Shown in pieces: positions 9,082 through 19,688 of a DNA stretch of 40,736 nt. This DNA comes from a virus. The notes beneath the pieces are model-generated. The model was not told the DNA's origin and ran no database searches. It saw only the letters and a program-made list of their open reading frames with translations. Every line of letters starts with the position of its first letter. Position 1 is the stretch's first letter. The DNA lies in the UHGV virus genome UHGV-2023338; one strand, 5' to 3'. The position numbers and the translations under genes were made by a program.

Positions 9082-10884
9082 TTAACCTCTCAAGAAACAC
9101 GCCACAGCAACATCAAACAGGCTGGAATCCTGTATTGCCTGCTCACTTTCCCTGTTCGCTTCATCCAGTACTTCACGCGCACTGCGCGATTGTGGATTAC
9201 CATCATCATCCAGCACGGTGATTATCATGTCCGGAGATTCAAGCAGCGAGTCTTCAGCTATACGCAGATCAATATCTCCTGCCGGATCTGCCATCATTTT
9301 TTGTTCTGTCTGTTGCAATATCTTACCGGGCTCAAAAGGAGCTACTTCGTCTGGCGTCCTGACCTCTGCTGTTTTATAGAATGAAACAGCCTGAGCATTA
9401 AGTTCACTTTCTGCCTGCTGTCGTCGTGCCAGTTCTGCTCGAGCTTCAAAAAACTGACCGCCAGGCTCATGCGGTGCCAACGCGTTACGGGAAAATTCCA
9501 GGCGCTCTTGTGCCTGCCGGATTCGTTGGTCAATATCGCGAAGTCTGACCTGTTTATCTGATCGAGCACGAGACAAAGCTTTACCGCTACCGTTTGGCTC
9601 TTCTGCAAGAATTTGTGCGCGCTGTTCAGTGAGATTTTCAATAATTCGTTGGCTATTAGCGATTTCAGACTGGTAAACCTGTCTATCGCCACGCGGCAAA
9701 AGCTGCGCGGCCTGTTCTTCAAGCAACCGATTTTCTATAGCGCGCGCCGTTACTCCATCATCTACAGATGACAGAGCCTCATTAACTGCCTGAGACAGCA
9801 GACTCTTGCGCCCAGGAATTTCACTGAAAGATGCAGACTCAACAATGCTGGCAACGTCTACAGGTCTCCCCTCGCTAACATCAGACATAGCTTTTCTCAG
9901 AGCCTGAATGTGAGAATTGCGCGAAAGCACGTTGATCGGCACGCCGGGCGCAATATCAATTTCAGCATGATGAGCGGCATTCGCCGCCAGTGCAGCATCA
10001 ACATCAACTGGTGAAAAATTTGCTGCGTTTGTAGACTCGCCGCGAGAGTTAATAAATCTGCCGACACCACCAAACGCCACCCCAAGAACAGCATCAATAG
10101 CAATTGCCTGTCGATCCAACACATCATACTGGTTAGCCATTTCGCTATAGCCACCATCACGAAGCGTTTTTGCAGTAAGCCCACGCTGTGCCATACCGAA
10201 CGCAATATTTGTACCTGCGGCATAGGCAATATCTGGCGTTGCACGTACTGCTGTTGCTGCGGCGCGTCGCACTGAACTCTCACCCGTCCGCGCAAGCTGA
10301 GCCGCCACACCTTCCGCCAGCGCACCACCAGCACGTAACCCGAGGCTCATAGGGATCAGTGTTCCGGCACCAGCAGTAATGCCCTGCACTAATCCCGCTT
10401 CCTGCGCCGTCCTGAAATCAACACCCTGTGCTGTCAGCCGTTCAAACTCAGAAAAACCCTGTAGCGAAGTTACCGCCGCTGCACCTCCGACAGGACCACC
10501 GAGCGTTGTACCGACAACAGCCTGCCCGCCCATATCGAACAACCCATAAAGAACCTGCCCGGCGGTTCCGGTTGTCGCGGCATCAGGCGTCAGCTGCTTA
10601 ACCTGCTGCTCTGCTAGTTTTCTCTGCTCGGCAATGTATGAAACTGAAGTGTCATTGAGCGAGGTGTTTTCGTTAACAAACTGAGCAATCGGGGATACGA
10701 TTTTATCCATCCCTGCCCAGAGCAACTGATCTGGCTTTGCCACCAGCCCGGAGTACAAACCAGACAATGCCGCTCCTACAGCATTGTCGAAAAAACCAAC
10801 ATCGCTGTTAAAACCAGCTGGATTTGATGCTGCTTCGTCAAGCTGCTGATTCTGGTTTACTGGATTAAGGCCAAAGTAACTCAT
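9082..10884 (-). CDS. Internal virion protein, Gly/Ala-rich
   Basis: 600 aa; Gly/Ala-rich low-complexity N-terminal half; within structural operon. Confidence 0.55.
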   Translation of the reverse strand: MSYFGLNPVNQNQQLDEAASNPAGFNSDVGFFDNAVGAALSGLYSGLVAKPDQLLWAGMDKIVSPIAQFVNENTSLNDTSVSYIAEQRKLAEQQVKQLTPDAATTGTAGQVLYGLFDMGGQAVVGTTLGGPVGGAAAVTSLQGFSEFERLTAQGVDFRTAQEAGLVQGITAGAGTLIPMSLGLRAGGALAEGVAAQLARTGESSVRRAAATAVRATPDIAYAAGTNIAFGMAQRGLTAKTLRDGGYSEMANQYDVLDRQAIAIDAVLGVAFGGVGRFINSRGESTNAANFSPVDVDAALAANAAHHAEIDIAPGVPINVLSRNSHIQALRKAMSDVSEGRPVDVASIVESASFSEIPGRKSLLSQAVNEALSSVDDGVTARAIENRLLEEQAAQLLPRGDRQVYQSEIANSQRIIENLTEQRAQILAEEPNGSGKALSRARSDKQVRLRDIDQRIRQAQERLEFSRNALAPHEPGGQFFEARAELARRQQAESELNAQAVSFYKTAEVRTPDEVAPFEPGKILQQTEQKMMADPAGDIDLRIAEDSLLESPDMIITVLDDDGNPQSRSAREVLDEANRESEQAIQDSSLFDVAVACFLRG

Positions 10885-13394
10885 TGCGGAATATCTCCGG
10901 AGAATCTCTGACGCTTCTGTGTCAGATCAAGAACAACGGGAGAACCATCATCTTTTAGCAGATAACCAGTACCAAGTTTCACCAGGTACTGACTATCGCC
11001 GTAACTTTGCAAACCATACTGACCAGGCGGTGTTTTTATCCCTGTGCCAACAACTTGTTCATTCCAAGCCTGATTAACCTGCTTATCGAATTGCTCTGCA
11101 GACATTCCCCACGGCAAAAGAACATTCCCCATTCCGTTATAGTCATGCACGCCACCTGTAGCTACGTTAACAGCCTGTTTCCAGATATCATTGTCAATTT
11201 CGCCTGATACCACGCCTTTTTTCGCCATCACACCAGCGTAATAGTCCTTTGCGATCTCGTATGCCATTGATGCCCCCTGAGCATCACCAGCAAATGCATC
11301 CTTCACCATGTCAGAAAACTCAAGGCGAAGATCAGCATCTTTAGGCATCGGAATACCTTTCGCGTCATCAGTACCTTTACGAGCCGCCGCGCCAGCAAGA
11401 ATTGTCTGCGCAGCGGTTTCAGGAGACACGGAAACATCCGGATTAAACCAGTTTTTTTCTGCCAAAATACCACCTGGCTTATCCATCAGTATCCCGGCAA
11501 CGGCAGCAGATGGAGCGTTGGCACTGATCTGCTGTAGTGCTGACATATACACCTGCCCACCACCAGTGCTCTGCCTGATGGTATCGAGATATGCTGCCTG
11601 TTGGGAAACGGGCGCATCACGAAAGAAAACACCGATCTGATTGGCCTCGTCTTTGGAAAAGAACGTCAGTGGAGTGCCATATGACTTAGCAAGGTCACTG
11701 ACCTGAGCAGCACGCAAGGCAACGCTCTGTCCAAAGTTATCCTTATTGCTCATGTCGATAGGCTTTGCCTGTCCGGCGGCAAGAGAGAACTGTACAGGAT
11801 CAGCCTGTCGCTGCTTTATCACCTGACTTGCAGCCGACACAACGTTGTCATAAAGAGCGGCTCGTGCCGCATAACCCTCCCCTGTCTCACCAGTATCCGG
11901 GCGTAATTGCTCAACATATGCTGTAATGCTGCTTGTCGGCATGTTGCGGAAAGAGCCTATATACTGTCCGGCGATTTGCGTATTTCTGAACTCGGTATAT
12001 CGCAGGTTTCCTTCTCTGACTCCATAAGCTGCAATAAAATCAGCCTCACCAGGTGGGTTAGGAAATTCAACGCCACGCATATACGCAGCTGTCGCATCGC
12101 GAACCTGGCTGTCAATCATCGTTTTATATTCAGCCTGCTGCTGCCGACGCAGTTGATCCGCCTGTCGCATAAAACTTGCCTGCGCCTCAGAAGATGCCGC
12201 ATCGAATGCTGCATTACCGGTATAGCGTTTGGTGTTGGTTGGAATTGTTGATAAACCAAGTGCTGCACTGACACCAGCAGTTAACTGCTGATCACTGTAT
12301 GGCTGGCTACCGTTCTCATGATGGATAATGGCTGCACAAAGCGCCTTCAGGGTATCAGGATTAGATGCATCGAGAGGCTCATCAGCAGAAACGCCAAGTT
12401 GTTCGCACACTGCTTTGATATACGACATAGTGTCATTTTTATCAGTAGGCGGTGCCCAGCGATTAATTATCTCGCTGACGGTATCGATACCCTGCCGCTG
12501 ATACGACATCAGGTTACGCCCTAATGCACGAATCCCGTGCTCAGGTGTTTCGAATTTAGCAAATCGACCATCATCACCGGTCTGGCCTACCCACGGATTA
12601 GTTTTGCTGTATTCGAGATTTCCTGGGTTATTGTTGCGTATGCCACGGGCACGCTCGGAAGAGTCACTATCTGCTACAGCACGGCGAGCTCCAGCAGCAA
12701 TATCACTTAACTCGCCATTACTTTGGATGAATGCGGTCGCATTGTTTGCCGACCACTGGGACAATGCGGCATCAGCAACCTTCTCTTTAAACTCGATTTT
12801 CTTGGCCTGTATTTGCTCGTCGCTCCAGCCATGCGCAATGCCATAATCCTCAATTTGCTGGAAAGTTTGCTTATTAGCCAATACGTATGCGGCGTTGTCG
12901 CCATACAATGCTGCGGCATTTTTACCATTGTTCAGCAGCGTCGCCTGAAACTGGCCTTCTTCGTAGGCATTTATTTGCCCTATCTCGTGCCGCCCGGCCT
13001 GCATAGTGAACTGAATACGCTGCTGCTGCGCCTGCTGCATGAAAGCATTACGAGCCTGTTCATCCGGCAGCGACATAGCCAGTTGTTCGACCTGAGCATC
13101 AAACTGCTGCGTATACTCATGGCCTTTTCCAATAGCATTTTTCCCTTTCAGGTTAAGCAATCCTGTTTCAGGATTATTCAGCAGATCGCTGCTTATCTGA
13201 CTGAGGTTAAGAGATGCCTCCTGAGCCAGAGCGATATTGGCACGCTGTTTTGCCTGCCCCAAAACATCAATTGCCTCTGTCCCTGCCCGAACAAAAGCAT
13301 CACCAATACCTTGCTGAGAAAACGTCTGCAAGCCTGCTGACTGAACTCCACGACTCTCAACCTGACGTCCGGATACTGTTGGTACGACTGGCAT
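10881..13394 (-). CDS. Internal virion (core) protein (T7 gp15-position)
   Basis: Start trimmed to internal Met (MPVVPTVSGRQ) that abuts upstream gene; 837 aa; contains conserved-looking block GIRNNNPGNLEY. Confidence 0.6.
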   Translation of the reverse strand: MPVVPTVSGRQVESRGVQSAGLQTFSQQGIGDAFVRAGTEAIDVLGQAKQRANIALAQEASLNLSQISSDLLNNPETGLLNLKGKNAIGKGHEYTQQFDAQVEQLAMSLPDEQARNAFMQQAQQQRIQFTMQAGRHEIGQINAYEEGQFQATLLNNGKNAAALYGDNAAYVLANKQTFQQIEDYGIAHGWSDEQIQAKKIEFKEKVADAALSQWSANNATAFIQSNGELSDIAAGARRAVADSDSSERARGIRNNNPGNLEYSKTNPWVGQTGDDGRFAKFETPEHGIRALGRNLMSYQRQGIDTVSEIINRWAPPTDKNDTMSYIKAVCEQLGVSADEPLDASNPDTLKALCAAIIHHENGSQPYSDQQLTAGVSAALGLSTIPTNTKRYTGNAAFDAASSEAQASFMRQADQLRRQQQAEYKTMIDSQVRDATAAYMRGVEFPNPPGEADFIAAYGVREGNLRYTEFRNTQIAGQYIGSFRNMPTSSITAYVEQLRPDTGETGEGYAARAALYDNVVSAASQVIKQRQADPVQFSLAAGQAKPIDMSNKDNFGQSVALRAAQVSDLAKSYGTPLTFFSKDEANQIGVFFRDAPVSQQAAYLDTIRQSTGGGQVYMSALQQISANAPSAAVAGILMDKPGGILAEKNWFNPDVSVSPETAAQTILAGAAARKGTDDAKGIPMPKDADLRLEFSDMVKDAFAGDAQGASMAYEIAKDYYAGVMAKKGVVSGEIDNDIWKQAVNVATGGVHDYNGMGNVLLPWGMSAEQFDKQVNQAWNEQVVGTGIKTPPGQYGLQSYGDSQYLVKLGTGYLLKDDGSPVVLDLTQKRQRFSGDIPQ

Positions 13395-13939
13395 TATAAT
13401 CCTCCGGGTAATCTGGTTCCTGCTGCTGCCACGATTGGCGCAGGAGTGCTTTGAGTAAACGGACTCCACGTCCCACCAAACATCTGGTACGCACCGTATG
13501 CCTTCAGAGGCGCAGTGAGCAATGTTGTTGCTGCTCCCACATTCCCCTGTTTACGGGCTGAACTGGCTTCTGCTTTATAGTTGGCAGCCTGAACCTGATA
13601 ACCGTAAGCCTCGCGTTGCGCGTTATTCACCGTCGTCAGCGAATCAAGAGCGCCAAACTGAGCAGTGTCACCAAATATATCCAGCGCATTACCGGTAGAT
13701 AAATCAGCGCCGGTAGCCCCCATTGTCGCCGCCTGTGTACCAAGCCGCTGTCGAGTCTCTCTGCGCCGTTGCTCAGCTTCAGCGTTACCCCTGTTTATTG
13801 CATCATTTGCCTGAGCTGTGGCTATATCTGCGTTCGCTTCTGCAGCCGTCGAGGCATACTTTCCCTGTTGGTACTGGGTGTATGCCTGAATGCCACTCAT
13901 GGCGAGCATTGCGCCACCAGCAATAACCGGATCGCACAT
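13394..13939 (-). CDS. Internal virion protein (T7 gp14-position)
   Basis: 181 aa, Ala/Gln-rich; position between nozzle-like gene and core proteins. Confidence 0.45.
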   Translation of the reverse strand: MCDPVIAGGAMLAMSGIQAYTQYQQGKYASTAAEANADIATAQANDAINRGNAEAEQRRRETRQRLGTQAATMGATGADLSTGNALDIFGDTAQFGALDSLTTVNNAQREAYGYQVQAANYKAEASSARKQGNVGAATTLLTAPLKAYGAYQMFGGTWSPFTQSTPAPIVAAAGTRLPGGL

Positions 13940-14403
13940 TATTTTCTCTCCATGTGAAATCTGTGGAAATTAAGACCAAGTGCACCATAAGGCGCGGCTT
14001 CTTCAAGCCTGAATCCAAGCCAGTGCAGCCATGCTTTGGCAACATGGTTTCGCTCATCGACATAGTTTTCCAGGCGCGGATAAACTGCCAGCATCTGCTG
14101 CAATACAGGGCGGCAGTGGCGCAGAAATGTCTTCTGATATTTTTCAATACGGCTGGTCCCGACCAGCCAGGGCGTACCATTGCCACCGATCATTGACGCC
14201 GGAGATACGCCAAACATGGTTGCCAGTTCTCCGTTCGCGAACCCTGACCAGGCCATAGTCGCAGTGCGCAGACCAACACGCAGCGCATCTTCGGTAGTCA
14301 TCAGCGATACCGCATACAGTTCGTCAATATCAGCCTGACGAACATCCGGCAAAATCATCTGAAGATGCTCTTCGGTAGCGGGAATAATTTGAACGTCGAT
14401 CAT
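13939..14403 (-). CDS. Putative internal virion protein (T7 gp13-position)
   Basis: 154 aa; tightly packed (shared boundary nucleotides) in structural operon. Confidence 0.4.
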   Translation of the reverse strand: MIDVQIIPATEEHLQMILPDVRQADIDELYAVSLMTTEDALRVGLRTATMAWSGFANGELATMFGVSPASMIGGNGTPWLVGTSRIEKYQKTFLRHCRPVLQQMLAVYPRLENYVDERNHVAKAWLHWLGFRLEEAAPYGALGLNFHRFHMERK

Positions 14404-16874
14404 CAGAATCCCCCAACAGTAAGGCGAGGAATAACGGCAAGAACAGACAGCGGCAACGGGTCAAGCTGACGGATTTTTACACGTCCGTTTTTGCCCCAGT
14501 TACTGTCAAGTTTCACTTCTACTTTTCCGGTAGCATCATCAACAGGATCATCGTAGAACTCGAATTCACGCTGTGGATATTCGTACCATTTACCGCCGGG
14601 CGTAGTCGCCCAGATGCCGCGACTGGCATTCACAACCAGAGTAACGGACGGGTTCACCTGTTTTTTGTCCAGCAGCGTTTCCTGTCCGTTAATGTTGATA
14701 TCCAGTGTTTCGAATTCAGCAGTTATTGGCAGGCCGATGTGCACTACAGCCCCCGGAGATTCCAGCGTGACGGCACCTCCGGAAACCACTTTCTGTGGTT
14801 CCACGTTCGCATCAGAGAGAATGTTTACGGTCTGGCCTTCAAGATGAGACAGGCCTCCAAATGTCCGGCGCGCCATCTGCCAGTTCGTGGTGGCCACATT
14901 CCTGAGGGATGGCGGGACGTTCCTGTTGGCACGAACCACTACAGCGGTATTGCTGGTTACAGAAATAATGTCGCAACGTAATTCTTTTGACACTTCATCG
15001 CCAGTATCAGGAACAGTTCCGGTATAAGGGAACTGTAGTTGCGCGCCGACATCACTACTGGTGAAGTACGCACCACCAGAAACACTGATTGTATATTCCG
15101 CACGGTAATCCCATTCACCAGAACCACCAGTGATGGTCATCGTTCTGTCAGACGTATTTCTTCCATCATAGCTAAGGCCAGAATCAACAAAGAAAGCATC
15201 TTCATCGCTGGTAAATAAACGGCTGGACAGTCTCTCGATGTATCTCACTGTTTTCCCGTTAACGGTTCGGTTAACGACGAAATACACCGCATCTTCATTG
15301 CCTTCGCTGATACTGCATGTGCTTTCATATTTTCCGGTACTGGATTGTGGTGCCCATGCAAAAACCTGCTGATCACGCAAATAGGTCATCACCAGTAATT
15401 TACCGTCATCACGAATGCAGAAGGCGCTGGAGTAAGGGACAATCGAGAAGCACCAGTCAACAATGCTGTGCTTCTGAAAAAGATGATTGGCAAGGATGGT
15501 CAGGTCGTTCCCCTGATAGCCGTCAACATCGAATGAGTAGGCCAGATCACGGACAACACTGCCTTTCTCCTGGACGAACAGAGCAATATTCGCCACGGCA
15601 ATTGGTGGGACATTGCTCGAGCCATTTGATCCCTGAGAGCTGAATGCAAATGATGATGGGGTAAGCACTTTGTTCTGGTCGCCAGTGATGACGTACTCAC
15701 CTCCGGAAGTCAGCGCCACCAGCGAACCAACATCAATCAGGTGACGGATCTCATTAACCTGACGCCCGGCATAGGTGTAGATAATTCTGTCGTCATCCTG
15801 CGTAGGATTGCTTTTGCCAAAATCCTTATAATCCCCGGTACGGCTGGCCCAGATAGTCTGAGGGAACGCAGTCGATGCGGCGAAGTAAAGGCGTTGTTGA
15901 TAATAAACAACAGTGCCAGGATAACCGTTAATACTGTTCCAGGCATATTTAGCCCATTTATAGCTGGCATTATCCTCGCCAACTACCTGCGAAGGGATAT
16001 AGGAAATCACCTCGGCAGTTGCAGTAGTTCCATTTGCAGCAGAGATACGGGCAATGCCAAAACCACTGTGCAGATACTCCCACTCAATGCCGGTATCATC
16101 ATCACCGGATCCGCCCCAGCCATCCCATGATGTGCCTTCTGTATGCGAAGGGCGCAAAGTGCCTGTTTTGCCTGCTGTAACGGCGCGATAGTAGTTACTG
16201 TCTGCACGGCGAATATCGCCAATCGACGTACTCTTACTGGTTTCCCATACCGGCACAGAATCCACTGCAGGCTGTTCCAGATAGAACAATTTGCCTACCT
16301 GCTCCGCGCCAAAAATTGAGGCGCTTGCCGTTAACGTAATTGTCCCGGTGCTGGCGCTGGCATAAACCGTCACTGACTCGTCAATATTGATATCTTCAAA
16401 TGGCCCGTTCTTCGTTACCACATCAACCAGTTGCCAGTTGTCATGCGCATAGCGGCGCAACTCTTTCGGCGGGTATGCCGGGTGAACCAGCGTAAGCACG
16501 TCTGCGCTTTGCGTGAATTTAATTCGGAACAGATCGGCTTCAGTATATGGCGTGGCAATTTCATAAATAACATTGCTGCTGTTCAGCACCAACGCACCAT
16601 CTTTGATAACGCGCATGTACTGGTGTCCGAACTCCAGAGCGTAGGTCTGAACCGTCGAGAACTGGAACGGGATCAGGCGGCATTTCCGATTTGGGTATTT
16701 GGCGGCACCGACAAAACGCGTACCAGGTCGATTCTCAACGCCGCCATACTGCCGCACGATAAAGTTATCGCACTTGCGCAATGCCACCTGGTACTTCGCC
16801 ATGTCGATACGACCGTACAACGACGGTCCAATCTCACCACCGGCAAAGCTGGGCTGGATCCAACTGATAGCCAT
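14403..16874 (-). CDS. Tail tubular protein B / nozzle-like protein
   Basis: 823 aa immediately after adaptor-like gene, matching size/position of podovirus gp12-type nozzle. Confidence 0.55.
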   Translation of the reverse strand: MAISWIQPSFAGGEIGPSLYGRIDMAKYQVALRKCDNFIVRQYGGVENRPGTRFVGAAKYPNRKCRLIPFQFSTVQTYALEFGHQYMRVIKDGALVLNSSNVIYEIATPYTEADLFRIKFTQSADVLTLVHPAYPPKELRRYAHDNWQLVDVVTKNGPFEDINIDESVTVYASASTGTITLTASASIFGAEQVGKLFYLEQPAVDSVPVWETSKSTSIGDIRRADSNYYRAVTAGKTGTLRPSHTEGTSWDGWGGSGDDDTGIEWEYLHSGFGIARISAANGTTATAEVISYIPSQVVGEDNASYKWAKYAWNSINGYPGTVVYYQQRLYFAASTAFPQTIWASRTGDYKDFGKSNPTQDDDRIIYTYAGRQVNEIRHLIDVGSLVALTSGGEYVITGDQNKVLTPSSFAFSSQGSNGSSNVPPIAVANIALFVQEKGSVVRDLAYSFDVDGYQGNDLTILANHLFQKHSIVDWCFSIVPYSSAFCIRDDGKLLVMTYLRDQQVFAWAPQSSTGKYESTCSISEGNEDAVYFVVNRTVNGKTVRYIERLSSRLFTSDEDAFFVDSGLSYDGRNTSDRTMTITGGSGEWDYRAEYTISVSGGAYFTSSDVGAQLQFPYTGTVPDTGDEVSKELRCDIISVTSNTAVVVRANRNVPPSLRNVATTNWQMARRTFGGLSHLEGQTVNILSDANVEPQKVVSGGAVTLESPGAVVHIGLPITAEFETLDININGQETLLDKKQVNPSVTLVVNASRGIWATTPGGKWYEYPQREFEFYDDPVDDATGKVEVKLDSNWGKNGRVKIRQLDPLPLSVLAVIPRLTVGGF

Positions 16875-17479
16875 CAGGACAACCTCGCAATGGTAAACTC
16901 GTCAACCGGTGGCTGTGGTTCCTGTGATTCATTCTGGCTATGCGAGCCAGCACTAAGAATCACGCGATTGTACATATTGAGGGCAAACGTACCGAGGTCT
17001 GCATTCCCAGTCAGCGCCATGTTAATAGCTGCCGCAAGACGCCAGGCCAACGCCTCCATAAAAATGGCATCAAACATGTTCACATCTGAAACGCGAGAGA
17101 CATACTTGAGCCATGCCTGCGGCTGGTCTGTGTAGATCAACTTTCCTGTTCCGTTGGTGTCTGCACCAACTTCGTACTGAACGCGCATTGCTGCTGTTGG
17201 ATTGCGTACACCAGGAAGCATAATTTCAGTAATGCGCAGACAATCGGACGGGTACTGGTACGCATATTCCCAGTCAGGCGGTGGATTGCTCGTATCTGCA
17301 AGCGCCACGCGTTTGGTAGCAAAGTTCCAGTCAAAATCAGAAAGCACAGCATCACGGCAGGCCTCAAAGTGCAGCGAACATTCCCCCGCTTCCTTGCTGG
17401 CTTCCGTCAGGCTGTTAATGCTGCGGCTGTTGCCAATATTGGACAGCGCACGATTGCAGATCTCTACTACAGAGGCCAT
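16874..17479 (-). CDS. Tail tubular protein A / adaptor-like protein
   Basis: 201 aa; N-terminal region resembles T7 gp11-type adaptor by recollection; position upstream of nozzle-like gene. Confidence 0.5.
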   Translation of the reverse strand: MASVVEICNRALSNIGNSRSINSLTEASKEAGECSLHFEACRDAVLSDFDWNFATKRVALADTSNPPPDWEYAYQYPSDCLRITEIMLPGVRNPTAAMRVQYEVGADTNGTGKLIYTDQPQAWLKYVSRVSDVNMFDAIFMEALAWRLAAAINMALTGNADLGTFALNMYNRVILSAGSHSQNESQEPQPPVDEFTIARLS

Positions 17480-17808
17480 TACTCACCCCCATTGCCGTAC
17501 AGAGTTTCAGCCGCTGATTTTTCTACATCACCGGAAACAGGAGCGATTGCCATATCAGTGATCTGCAGATCGGCGCTGCGATTAACGCCATCGTCAGTTT
17601 CTCTGGCAGACAGGCCTCGAATAACAGCCTTTGCAGTTATCATCACTTCTGTTCCGACGCCCTGAGGTTGCGCCTTCAGCTTATTCAATGTGTCGTTATT
17701 CAGCGTGATGCACAGCCCCCATGGGTATTCATCGCGAGTTCTGGTTTCTCCGCTCTCATCCTGGTAGCTGTCAGTGCCGGTTTTGAGGTTTACGAGTTCC
17801 ATATACAC
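17479..17808 (-). CDS. Hypothetical virion-associated protein
   Basis: 109-aa ORF in structural operon, contiguous with neighbours. Confidence 0.45.
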   Translation of the reverse strand: MYMELVNLKTGTDSYQDESGETRTRDEYPWGLCITLNNDTLNKLKAQPQGVGTEVMITAKAVIRGLSARETDDGVNRSADLQITDMAIAPVSGDVEKSAAETLYGNGGE

Positions 17809-17852
17809 TCCTGCAATAAAGGGGCCGAAGCCCCTTGTCTGATTCGCGAGGC

Positions 17853-18197
17853 TTACACGCCCAGTTCTTTACGCTTATCTGCGATCTTCTCGCGGAGCGT
17901 TTCAGCTTTGGCGTTATGGTGTGGCTTCTCGTTAAAGAGCAATTCGTACTCTTCACGGAGCTTATCCAGTTCACCATCATCTGACACATCGTTGATGATT
18001 TTGGTGCTGGTTGCTGCCATTGACACCTTTCCTGCAACTTTTGCTTTTGCCTGTCTGGCTGCATCGTTAACAGGTTCCAGTGCGCTACCAGGCTCACCTT
18101 CGTATTCGATTTCTGCCCCCTCCGGCCACAGAGTGTTATGGATATGAGAGAGGCGCAGAACGCGGTATCTTGGTTTCTCACCTGACATCGATATCAC
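17853..18197 (-). CDS. Hypothetical protein (structural operon)
   Basis: 114-aa charged ORF between decoration-like and adaptor-like genes. Confidence 0.45.
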   Translation of the reverse strand: MISMSGEKPRYRVLRLSHIHNTLWPEGAEIEYEGEPGSALEPVNDAARQAKAKVAGKVSMAATSTKIINDVSDDGELDKLREEYELLFNEKPHHNAKAETLREKIADKRKELGV

Positions 18198-18198
18198 C

Positions 18199-18636
18199 TT
18201 AACCAGTTACTTTTGAGCGGATCGGATACGGCGTATTGGCATCAACATCAAGACTGATACCAGCAGTGAATTCGCCAGCCGTTAGTGGGCCAGTTGCGAC
18301 GGAGTAGTTAACACGCAGATATCGCTGAACACCGGCAGGCACCTTTGCAGAAACAACTCGTTTACCTGCTGTCAGGGCGGTCTTTGCCAGTGCGCCACTA
18401 TCATAAATAGTGGTCCATGAGCTGTTATCCTCACTCGTCTGCAACTGGATGTTTACAGTTGCATCACCGCTTGCCGCGGCGGCTGTGTTAACCAGCGCCC
18501 AAAACTCAAGCGGGTAACCCACGCCGATATCACGACGTTTTCCGTCAATTGGACCGAGATCGATTACGTCAGTAGAAGCCGCGGTATTCGTAACCGCCTG
18601 AGCTTCGGAGAACATCAACAGTTTGTCGGTGATCAT
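18199..18636 (-). CDS. Putative capsid decoration/minor capsid protein
   Basis: 145 aa directly downstream of major capsid gene; beta-rich composition. Confidence 0.4.
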   Translation of the reverse strand: MITDKLLMFSEAQAVTNTAASTDVIDLGPIDGKRRDIGVGYPLEFWALVNTAAAASGDATVNIQLQTSEDNSSWTTIYDSGALAKTALTAGKRVVSAKVPAGVQRYLRVNYSVATGPLTAGEFTAGISLDVDANTPYPIRSKVTG

Positions 18637-18687
18637 CTTCTTTCTCCATTAGTGGGTCTGTTACGACCCACAGGTTAATAACAGGCG

Positions 18688-19680
18688 TTACACCACACGG
18701 GCTTCTGTTTCCAGAAGCGCATCAGTCTCACGGATTGGTACACCACGGAATGAAGTCCACCACTCGCCTTCTGTCTCTTTTACGCTGATCGCCAGAGATG
18801 TTTTCTCCAGAGATTGCAGATCAAGAGCCTGGCCTACAGTGCGGTTCATGTAGAACACCGGGCGGCCCATGCCACGGTTTGGAATGCGATGCAGTGCTTT
18901 AACCATCAACTTCGCAATATTTGCTGCAGAGGAAGGTTCTGAAAGATTGCTGACATCGATGTTTGCAATGCGAACAACATAACGCCAGTCACGCAGAGCA
19001 AGCCCGTTGTCCCATTTGTAATGGGTACGGTAGCCTTCGTACTTGCCGCCATTCGCATCTTCCAGTGTCACCTGGCCTTTATCTTCCATCTGGATGCCAG
19101 CCTTCTGCCCTTTCGGGAAGATGCCATGCACGGTGTTTTCGCCCCACACCACTAACCAGATTGAGGTGTTATCTGTACCCGTGCCACCAGCATCAATGAT
19201 GTTCTGAGCATTACCCGCAGACAGGCTGGAATAGCGGGAGGACAGTCCCATAAACTGCTGAGGGTTAACGCTGGAATCACCATAAAACAGCGTCTGCGCC
19301 ATCTGCTGATTCATCGCTTCAATAAATGCGCGGTCTTCAGACAGGCGGAATTCGGCGGTATTGCCGTTCAGATCAGCCAGTGACTTATCGACTTCAGCAT
19401 AGGTTTCCAGCATGCCAACGGAATCGGTTACCTGCACTGTGGTTGATTTGCTTGGCTGTACGCCATAGTTCAGCAAACGCCAGGTAGCTGAAGGTAAACC
19501 AGAACGAATGGTGGTTCGGTGTCCGGTAGGAAGGTTCCCTTCGACAAAAGGCATATCCTGAAGGATCGGGTTAGTTTGACCGAGAAGCTCGATAATCTTA
19601 TCGACTTTCCCGTTTGGATCGACGCGCTTACCCCAGTCAGCCAGCGTTAGCGCAGTTAAGCCTTTAACAGCCATTGTCAT
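18688..19680 (-). CDS. Major capsid protein
   Basis: 330 aa downstream of scaffold-like acidic protein and portal; size and order typical of HK97-fold major capsid proteins. Confidence 0.75.
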   Translation of the reverse strand: MTMAVKGLTALTLADWGKRVDPNGKVDKIIELLGQTNPILQDMPFVEGNLPTGHRTTIRSGLPSATWRLLNYGVQPSKSTTVQVTDSVGMLETYAEVDKSLADLNGNTAEFRLSEDRAFIEAMNQQMAQTLFYGDSSVNPQQFMGLSSRYSSLSAGNAQNIIDAGGTGTDNTSIWLVVWGENTVHGIFPKGQKAGIQMEDKGQVTLEDANGGKYEGYRTHYKWDNGLALRDWRYVVRIANIDVSNLSEPSSAANIAKLMVKALHRIPNRGMGRPVFYMNRTVGQALDLQSLEKTSLAISVKETEGEWWTSFRGVPIRETDALLETEARVV

Positions 19681-19688
19681 TTCCTCTC

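Noticed and set aside
16431-17135. Long plus-strand ORF (234 aa) and many similar ORFs antisense to structural genes (e.g. 7590-8051, 12723-13340, 20806-21543, 25299-25805)
   Set aside because: Fully overlapped by larger, better-supported minus-strand genes with coherent operon structure; compositions look like antisense shadows (Arg/Ser/Leu-rich, no RBS context)
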